Source of the DNA: Candidatus Thorarchaeota archaeon
Lineage (GTDB): Archaea; Asgardarchaeota; Thorarchaeia; Thorarchaeales; Thorarchaeaceae
NCBI GenBank assembly: GCA_048882325.1
Contig: JBHLRS010000011.1
Location: forward strand, 38,521-102,520
Reading direction: 5' to 3'
Length of the DNA stretch: 64,000 nucleotides
Position 1 is the stretch's first letter. Each line of letters starts with the position of its first letter. This document shows positions 57,368 to 64,000 of this stretch, one piece after another. A program made the position numbers and the translations under genes. Under the pieces are notes generated by a model that worked only from the letters and a program-made list of their open reading frames with translations, did not search any database and was not told where the DNA came from.

Positions 57368-59709
57368 CTAGCACCTGCCACTTCCTGAGCCTGTCGTAAG
57401 GCCATGCTCCCTTTCATTGTGATTCTGAAGTTTGAATAAGCTACACCACTGTGGCTCTCATGTCCGCGCAGAATCATGCTTGCATGTTCAAGTCTTGCGA
57501 GAATACCCTCTATGTCTGGGTCTTTCTCAGTGTCATTGGCAATTATGAATCTCCGGACTGCTTCCTCAGTAAGGGGTTCATATCGCTCTAGGAGTTTGAG
57601 CACCTGAATGGCGAGGTATGTGTTCCCTGCAGCGACCATCTCCAGCAATGTTCGATTATGCATTGGTCGTTCTAGCTCGCTTGGGGGCGTGAGTTGGTCG
57701 ATACGTTGTGACATCTCTTGAAATGAATCTCGTGAATCAAGATCTGGCTGCTCATCCAATCGAATTGGTTGACATGTTTCAGTACCATCATGAACCAGAA
57801 GGGCTGTTTGGTCATCCATTATCCGTAAGTATGAAGACTCTCTTGGTGATATGCGCGCTTTGGTGTGCATTGATGTCATTGCATTGAGACCCAGTAAGTC
57901 TGCAACGATTTTGACATCAACAGACTCTCGAATTCTTAGTGAAACACATGACGCAAGAACACCTATCGATCCTGGAGCCATGTCTGCTGGATGTTCAAGA
58001 GCTAGCACCAGAGGACCTCTTTTCTTTAGATTCTTCAACAAACGTTCTGAGAAGGAATCATGTTTCATGAATCGCCGGTTCCTAATCCGCATATTCTCTG
58101 CACCATCTAAGATAACTATCAAATTAGGATCTGGTTGTAATCCTGCCAGTTTAATGCAAATCAGATTCCATGCAAAGCTGTCTAGACCCGTCGATCCAAG
58201 TGATATTTTTATGATTGACAGTGAGGGATCTGCAAGACGTCTTGTTGGGACAGTCTGAGTTCCGTAAAATGCTCTGGCCGCAGTACCCATGTGCAAGGAT
58301 CTGATTGCTTCCATTCCAATTAGCGACTTCTTTGAAGGCCTATGGTCTTGGACCATCTGGCCATCTGGCGATAATGATTGGGGCTCTTCAAATTCTGGAT
58401 TAAAACGGACATCAGCAAGTGTTGCATTACCTAGAGAAACTGCTCGTGAAATGGCAATTTCTAGCTCAGCTGCTCCACGCAGGTCTTGAGCTGCAACAAC
58501 CTGTAACGCAGAGATGAAAAGTGGAACATATTCACTTCGAGGATTTCCTTCTGAATCGATTGGATTCAAGACAAGGTCTTTTCCTAGCTCCATGTATACA
58601 GAAGAATCTGTTAGTGCAGTTAGTTTTGCTAGAGACGATGAACCTGTCACCAATATTACTCTCTTTCCAGCTCTAAGAAGCTCAGAGGTCAGAAGAGTTA
58701 GTATGTTATGGCGTAATGCTTCAGTCCCCCCACAGACAAGTGTTCCAGTCTCCAGATCCTGTGGTGACAAGCCAGCTGGCGGACCAGTCTGCAATGTATC
58801 AGGATTTAGTGTGGCTCCTAACCGATAATCATCCGGACGACCACGTATTGGAGCGATGAATTGACCCGGAACATTAGTGCCAACCTCTGCTGCTAGCTCA
58901 CTTCGTAACTGAACAAGCCACTCAGCTAATTCGGATCCAGCTGCATAGAACCAGCCACTCTGTCTATCTATTTGATGAAGCCTCATTCTTGAAGACAGGT
59001 GTCGCGGGTTTACTCGCTCCCACTCCTTCTCTGGCACCGCTGCCTTCACCGCAGAATCAAACGCACTGGTCTGTGAAGCGCTCTGCATGTGACCCACAAT
59101 AGTGGTATGTGAGATCCAAATGCCGCTTCGTTTTCGAACATAAGCGTCTTGATCTCCTTTTGATAATGCATTCAGATAGCCCTCAAGCATGTTTGAGATC
59201 TTTTCCTCATTCATTGCTCTAGTGAGTTTCTCAGGTCTCATTGTCACTGTCAGACAAAATCCATTGGAGGTGTCCAGAGCTCTAACAAGTGAACCAACAT
59301 TACCCAGAAGGTTCGGACTTGCCCTCCAGAGGTCTAGTCCAATAGAGTACCGAGTACCACCCGTACCTCTCAATTCGAGATGCTCATCATTTTCTATACA
59401 GGTTACATCTCCTTCCGGAACCTCAGTCCAAACTTGAAGCAGATTGTTTAACCACTGAGAACCTCTGAGCTTAGGAGAAAATAGCTGAACCAAAAGAAGG
59501 ACCACAGCTGTAATCGTGGCGGCTATTGGAATACAGAGACCAATGACGACAGCTACCAATGAAACAAAGAGCAATCTCCCTAAAGGGAGTCCAAGACTTC
59601 TCTCCTCCCATCTAATCTCAGTACCTGTGGTTATACTACCTTTTGGCTCGGATAGCTCCTGCAGAGGATCAACCTCCGGTTTCGTACCCAAGATCAAGCG
59701 TTTGCCCAT
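57364..59709 (-). CDS. Membrane-anchored HerA/VirB4-fold protein with degenerate ATPase motifs and C-terminal wHTH
   Basis: N-terminal TM pair; VLNPI, ATLADV, LIVILDGAEN, LVLALEHPADM, LRIRESVDVKIVADLLGL; the Walker A position reads VCGGTEALRH. Confidence 0.7.
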   Translation of the reverse strand: MGKRLILGTKPEVDPLQELSEPKGSITTGTEIRWEERSLGLPLGRLLFVSLVAVVIGLCIPIAATITAVVLLLVQLFSPKLRGSQWLNNLLQVWTEVPEGDVTCIENDEHLELRGTGGTRYSIGLDLWRASPNLLGNVGSLVRALDTSNGFCLTVTMRPEKLTRAMNEEKISNMLEGYLNALSKGDQDAYVRKRSGIWISHTTIVGHMQSASQTSAFDSAVKAAVPEKEWERVNPRHLSSRMRLHQIDRQSGWFYAAGSELAEWLVQLRSELAAEVGTNVPGQFIAPIRGRPDDYRLGATLNPDTLQTGPPAGLSPQDLETGTLVCGGTEALRHNILTLLTSELLRAGKRVILVTGSSSLAKLTALTDSSVYMELGKDLVLNPIDSEGNPRSEYVPLFISALQVVAAQDLRGAAELEIAISRAVSLGNATLADVRFNPEFEEPQSLSPDGQMVQDHRPSKKSLIGMEAIRSLHMGTAARAFYGTQTVPTRRLADPSLSIIKISLGSTGLDSFAWNLICIKLAGLQPDPNLIVILDGAENMRIRNRRFMKHDSFSERLLKNLKKRGPLVLALEHPADMAPGSIGVLASCVSLRIRESVDVKIVADLLGLNAMTSMHTKARISPRESSYLRIMDDQTALLVHDGTETCQPIRLDEQPDLDSRDSFQEMSQRIDQLTPPSELERPMHNRTLLEMVAAGNTYLAIQVLKLLERYEPLTEEAVRRFIIANDTEKDPDIEGILARLEHASMILRGHESHSGVAYSNFRITMKGSMALRQAQEVAGAS

Positions 59710-59710
59710 G

Positions 59711-60007
59711 CTAGATCTTCCCCCTCCTAGTTACAGTACTTTCAGATTGTCTCTGCAGCATATCCAATGCTTGTTTTATGCGACCAACATAAGCAGGGTC
59801 TCCACCAGCAATGACAATTGATCGTTTCCCTGTCATTAGGAGTTCAGGCATATTTCCGAGAGTTGGATTGCCATGTGCGATGAGTAAAGGTTGTTTTGTG
59901 AGGACAGTCCATCGGTACCCATGTCCGAGCTCTAGGAATCTCATGATGTCCTCAGGTTTGACACCCAAAGGTATCTCAAGCCCTACTCGTTCTTCTTCAG
60001 GATACAC
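59711..60007 (-). CDS. Small hypothetical protein
   Basis: 98 aa; AGGAGG SD; coupled within the operon. Confidence 0.7.
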   Translation of the reverse strand: MYPEEERVGLEIPLGVKPEDIMRFLELGHGYRWTVLTKQPLLIAHGNPTLGNMPELLMTGKRSIVIAGGDPAYVGRIKQALDMLQRQSESTVTRRGKI

Positions 60008-60596
60008 TGGTTTCCATTCCTCCTGTGTTTACCATCAGTATATCCTGTTTCTCAGCCCGTTCCACAGGTAGATGTGGATATGCTGCTCTCATGGAGCTTT
60101 CAAGGATCATAATGTCTGCGAGCATGAGCATTGAAAGTTTCTCAACCTTCGAACGTGTATATGGCAACCGCAGTACCCTTCTTCGGATCAGCATTCCAAC
60201 CTTTGTTGATTCATTACCAACTGGTCGATTGATAAAGAAAACAAGGGTACCACCCGCTTCATTCTCAAATCGTATGTGCATTGCTTGGAGTACTTTCCTC
60301 GCAGAATGACTCAAGTCGATACCTAGGGGTACACTACCAAGCAATCTTGCGGCACATATCTCCAGATGCCACGGTCTGATGATAGCCACGAATCCTCGTT
60401 GCTCATCCCAAAGAACTTTCGGAACATAGCTTGACTTGTATTCAACCCCCAGAACGATGATGTAGATTCCAAGTCCTGCGGCTATCATCAGGATGCCGCT
60501 GAGGTCATTCGGGGACAACCATAGTTTGAGTAGTAACGTCGTGGTAAAAAGGGACAGTATCAACCATCTTATCGGAATGTCGAAAAACCTCGTCAC
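59997..60596 (-). CDS. Membrane protein (2 TM + soluble domain)
   Basis: Two N-terminal TMs; ESSMRAAYPHLPVER resembles DSAVKAAVPEKEWER in the HerA/VirB4-like N-domain. Confidence 0.72.
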   Translation of the reverse strand: MTRFFDIPIRWLILSLFTTTLLLKLWLSPNDLSGILMIAAGLGIYIIVLGVEYKSSYVPKVLWDEQRGFVAIIRPWHLEICAARLLGSVPLGIDLSHSARKVLQAMHIRFENEAGGTLVFFINRPVGNESTKVGMLIRRRVLRLPYTRSKVEKLSMLMLADIMILESSMRAAYPHLPVERAEKQDILMVNTGGMETSVS

Positions 60597-62551
60597 AGGA
60601 ACCCCTCCTGCATATTCACGAATTGACCAATAGCCAGCTCAAGTTCCTCTACATCTCTATATGGCCAGACATCTGAAACAATGTCATCACCAAAAATCCT
60701 CAGATGCTTAAGGAAGCGATTGTCAAGAAGTACCACGACACCTGTGTCAGTCGGAGACCTTCGTAGTCGACCAACGAGTTGTGCAACTTGTCTGATTGAC
60801 GGCACAACTGCGGCATAAAAATATCCAGAACCATTTCCAAACCGTGAGTCGTACCATCGTTGCAATGCGATTTGGTAACTCGTGGGTGGACTGAAGGGTA
60901 TACCAATTCCAATGATAATATCAATCATACTAGAGCCATTATCCACTAAATCAATGCCTTCAGAGAACTTTCCACCGTACACGCAAAAGACAGCCTGAGG
61001 TCTGTCAGAGATCGCTTCGATCAGGGTTTCTATACGTTCTGTTCTTGTTTCCACAAGGTTCTCGCGATATCCAGTATCTATGGAGTAGCTCATGACCTCG
61101 TGAAGCATCTTGTAGCTTGGAAATGCAATCAAGGCACTTTTGTTAGCTGGCATTGTTGTCAGTGCGGTTGTAATCCTCTGAGCAAGATCACGCCAGAGGT
61201 CCGGACCCCGAAGCTGATACTTCGTGTTCAGTACTTTGTCCACTAGTACAAGCCTAGTCCCCTTGGGATATGGACTTACTAGGTCCTCAGCAAGAGCCCC
61301 AGACACACCAAGTAGTCGTGAATAGTAGTCCAGTGGTCTCAGAGTTCCTGACATCAAAACTGCTGATCTTGCTGTCCTGAGAATTGGTGCTGTGAGTCCC
61401 GAGGAGTTGAGTGGTTGTATCATGAGCACTGACCTAGAAGTCGGACCATCCTCTTTCCAGGATTTCTTGGTCTGAAGTGTGACATGCCAACCCTCACTCT
61501 TTGACGCCCTCTGAGCTGTGAAGAGGAACTCAATGAGTCTGTCAAGAGGGGTCTCAATCAACCCAGCATTCTCCGGGTCTCTAAGACTCGGTCTTCCAGC
61601 AGAGTGTAAGACTTCAAGGTCATCCTCCTTCACAAATCGTGGTGAAACATCCCACTTATCCAACACTCTCTCTGACCGATTATACATCTTGTCTAAATTG
61701 ACCATCATTGTCTCCCAAAGAAAGTCGATCACCTCTCGGATCCACTTGAGACTGGTCTCACGGGTGACCAACTGATGATTCTCCTTGAGCCAACGCAGGT
61801 CTTCATTGCTTAGCTGCGAAGTCTCTGCATCTAATACATGACTTGGTAGGTTGTGTGCCTCATCAATAAGTAGGTCCACTTCTGCTAGGGGGAGTCCCAA
61901 CGATGCCAGTAGCGCATCACGCACCCTAGATCTGAAGATGTAGCTGTAGGGTCCAATGATCACTCGACTACTTCGAGCGCACCATCGCATCAATTCATAT
62001 GGACAGACACCTTCATCTTCAGCCCTCTCCTCGACCCTATCTCTTGTAACAACACCCGTCTCTAGCAGGTCTTGAACTACCTCGCGAAGGACATCTCGAA
62101 TGATTATTCTTCCATCTGTCTTGTTCTTCTGATAGAAGTTCCAGTAATGGTGACACGAGCCTGTCTTGATCATCTGAGCGCAGGCTCGCATGAATCCCGT
62201 TGAGCTCAACGAATCCATAGTGTGGCGAATAGGACAGACATGAACTCGTGAAACCATGGTTGTTGCTGTGAGATCTGGCTTAACTGACCGGAGCACTTCC
62301 AATTCGCTCTCGAAGACCTTCGACTGTGAATGAGTTCTGGTCAGTGCGAAGAGTCTTGCTGTGTTATCTTGACCTCTTGCTGCCAGATAACCGGAGAGGA
62401 CGGCTATTGTCTTCCCCACACCGCAGTCTGCTGAGAGTAGCCCCACTGTCTTGGTAGAGAAGGATTCTACTGCGAGACCGACTGCCTTCTCCTGAGAAGG
62501 TCTAGGTGAGTATGGAAAGAACTCCATCCTGTCAGTCGTCACAGCGTTCAA
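60593..62551 (-). CDS. xpd: XPD/Rad3/DinG family Fe-S helicase
   Basis: Q motif PRPSQ, SADCGVGKT, four Fe-S Cys (VCPI, RACA, GSCH, VCPY), DEAHNL, MSGTL, FPSY, SEGIDL, QLVGRLRR. Confidence 0.92.
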   Translation of the reverse strand: MNAVTTDRMEFFPYSPRPSQEKAVGLAVESFSTKTVGLLSADCGVGKTIAVLSGYLAARGQDNTARLFALTRTHSQSKVFESELEVLRSVKPDLTATTMVSRVHVCPIRHTMDSLSSTGFMRACAQMIKTGSCHHYWNFYQKNKTDGRIIIRDVLREVVQDLLETGVVTRDRVEERAEDEGVCPYELMRWCARSSRVIIGPYSYIFRSRVRDALLASLGLPLAEVDLLIDEAHNLPSHVLDAETSQLSNEDLRWLKENHQLVTRETSLKWIREVIDFLWETMMVNLDKMYNRSERVLDKWDVSPRFVKEDDLEVLHSAGRPSLRDPENAGLIETPLDRLIEFLFTAQRASKSEGWHVTLQTKKSWKEDGPTSRSVLMIQPLNSSGLTAPILRTARSAVLMSGTLRPLDYYSRLLGVSGALAEDLVSPYPKGTRLVLVDKVLNTKYQLRGPDLWRDLAQRITTALTTMPANKSALIAFPSYKMLHEVMSYSIDTGYRENLVETRTERIETLIEAISDRPQAVFCVYGGKFSEGIDLVDNGSSMIDIIIGIGIPFSPPTSYQIALQRWYDSRFGNGSGYFYAAVVPSIRQVAQLVGRLRRSPTDTGVVVLLDNRFLKHLRIFGDDIVSDVWPYRDVEELELAIGQFVNMQEGFL

Positions 62552-62554
62552 TCT

Positions 62555-63175
62555 TCAGTCCTCCAGTCTCAGACATGCTTCTGCGCTGTAAATTCTGAAT
62601 TTGAGGGAGAAGTACTTGTGCAGCAGTCTCTGGAATCTCATCATCAACTCACGAGAGCTAAAGCCTGGCTCTTTCAATGCCATCCGTTCAACAATGGAAG
62701 GACTGAATCCCGCTTTCCTTGCAGCTTTCCAGAACCACTTCTCAACCTCCCTCATGGTGGAGAGAAGATGTGATAGTGAGTCTTCAATGATGGACATCAA
62801 CCCTTGTACAGACTCCTTCGGGTCTTTCGGAAGTTGAGAGACCCTGATGCCAGTTGGTAGATAGACTGCCACTCCCTCTGCGCTGTCAAGCTTGACCTCT
62901 ATTGGCACTCCCCTATTCCCTCTCAGGGTCTCTAGAAGAGATAGTAGCTTAGGCAGCTGTGGGAGCATGGGTTTCTCTAAATTTTGGTTTCTCCAGTCTA
63001 CCCTTGTCACAACGTAAAGTTCTGGATCTGGGCCTTTAGCTCTCTCTAGCACTGTTATTCTGTGTGCAGACTCTCGAAGCAGGAGGTTCACCAGATTGAT
63101 CATAGAGCTTCGAGGGACATTAGGCGGTGTCGTCGTCACCCAGGTTGACTGGTCCGGGTTGTTGGCGCTAGACAT
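62555..63175 (-). CDS. Hypothetical protein
   Basis: Likely start MSSANNP overlapping the upstream stop; coupled within the operon. Confidence 0.7.
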   Translation of the reverse strand: MSSANNPDQSTWVTTTPPNVPRSSMINLVNLLLRESAHRITVLERAKGPDPELYVVTRVDWRNQNLEKPMLPQLPKLLSLLETLRGNRGVPIEVKLDSAEGVAVYLPTGIRVSQLPKDPKESVQGLMSIIEDSLSHLLSTMREVEKWFWKAARKAGFSPSIVERMALKEPGFSSRELMMRFQRLLHKYFSLKFRIYSAEACLRLED

Positions 63176-63623
63176 CTCCCCAGACCTCCCCTGTGAGTGA
63201 CACGGCAACACCATCGTTCCGGATAGCTCCCTCGGACTCGAGTGTGTCCATGAACTTCATTGCCCGGCCCAGATCTATACCAGCTTCGCTGCACTCCCGC
63301 ATCACATCCTCGATGGTTACCGCACGTCCCCGGTTCATCTCAATCAGTGACTCTATGATGTTGAACACTCTACGCTTGACTCCGAAACCCCGCCCGTTGC
63401 CACCCTGTCGTATCTTCGCAACCTGCGACTCGATGACAAGCTCACGGACGCTGGACTGAGCCTCTTGGACGGTCACAGCATAGACGGTCCCTGGTTCGTC
63501 CAAGATGATACCCTGGCAAAGACTGCACCGCGATGCCTCATCTTCAGACTCTACATGTACGTAACCTATGTTGTTACATGAGCCACATCGGTAGATTCTG
63601 AACATGCCTCGCACACGGTTCAC
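63168..63623 (-). CDS. Zn-ribbon + winged-helix protein (DUF5817-like)
   Basis: CGSC...CSLC ribbon; C-terminal wHTH VTIEDVMRECSEAGIDLGRAMKFMDTLESEG. Confidence 0.75.
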   Translation of the reverse strand: MNRVRGMFRIYRCGSCNNIGYVHVESEDEASRCSLCQGIILDEPGTVYAVTVQEAQSSVRELVIESQVAKIRQGGNGRGFGVKRRVFNIIESLIEMNRGRAVTIEDVMRECSEAGIDLGRAMKFMDTLESEGAIRNDGVAVSLTGEVWGDV

Positions 63624-64000
63624 TAACTCTCACCTGCCACTGTTTCCGCCTCGACGACGATGTCTTCCTCTGCCTCTGATGCATCCTTATCCATGTCGAG
63701 GCCCTCTCCGATTTTTCCCAAATACTCCTTGATGTCCGGCTCTGTGTCCTTCTTCGTCTTTGAGTCCGGATACATTCCTCCATAGCCTACAACAAGTTCC
63801 GCGTCGAACTCTGGGAGTCCTGCATTGTCCTGTAGCTCTATCTTTCGCACATCAGCTTTTGTCCTTCGCGTATAGAACCTGTAGTCACTGGCATGCGCCA
63901 CTATATGCCCGCCTACAGGAGAATTCGGGTTGCCGCCATACGTGCTTATCTTACTCATCACCTGATTCGTGTAGGCGAAGATACATTCGGTAGCAGTGGC
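63623..64000 (-). CDS. radA: RadA/Rad51-family recombinase, C-terminal part (truncated by window edge)
   Basis: The frame is open to 64000: TNQVMSKISTYGGNPNSPVGGHIVAHASD..R..R.IELQDNAGLPE, plus an acidic C-terminal extension. Confidence 0.82.
   Translation of the reverse strand, partial: ATATECIFAYTNQVMSKISTYGGNPNSPVGGHIVAHASDYRFYTRRTKADVRKIELQDNAGLPEFDAELVVGYGGMYPDSKTKKDTEPDIKEYLGKIGEGLDMDKDASEAEEDIVVEAETVAGES

Noticed and set aside
236-63993. Numerous short antisense or overlapping ORFs in the ORF track (e.g. 5310..5783, 26197..26808, 30648..31196, 33923..34483)
   Set aside because: They are shadows of well-supported genes on the opposite strand or in another frame, with no motifs of their own.
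1-64000. CRISPR arrays, tRNA or rRNA genes
   Set aside because: No regularly spaced direct repeats or cloverleaf/rRNA-like segments were seen in the intergenic gaps; nearly all sequence is coding.
36300-64000. Integrated conjugative element or provirus interpretation of the right half
   Set aside because: No integrase, relaxase, transposase, capsid gene or att-like repeat is visible, and the VirB4-like protein is degenerate. This cannot be excluded beyond the window edge.

Overview
Gene-dense archaeal window, most consistent with an Asgard archaeon (probably Thorarchaeia). This is inferred from two roadblock/LAMTOR-family genes, archaeal-type FEN1/RadA/XPD/Hel308/Mre11 homologues and GGAGG/GAGGTG ribosome-binding sites; there is no marker gene for a firm assignment. 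Positions 1-32.7 kb are mostly mixed metabolic, transport and housekeeping genes, with notable exceptions: a gingipain/C25-like protease, a Site-1-protease-like subtilase, roadblock proteins and an EamA-AsnC fusion. From 32.7 kb on, the window is dominated by DNA-processing and surface genes: a compact Mre11 plus a hook-less mini-Rad50, two related wHTH/AsnC-type proteins, and a ~2600-aa surface protein preceded by a structured leader. The best candidate for an undescribed system is a tightly coupled minus-strand operon of at least 13 genes (50160-64000, continuing past the window edge). It interleaves recombination/repair enzymes (a RadA-like protein, two RadB/Rad51-paralogue-like proteins, XPD, a SWIM-containing Hel308-like helicase, FEN1) with four membrane proteins, including a membrane-anchored HerA/VirB4-fold pseudo-ATPase. 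It may be a membrane-coupled DNA transfer and recombination module. No rRNA, tRNA, CRISPR array, integrase or transposase was recognised. All calls come from reading motifs by eye; no database searches were run.
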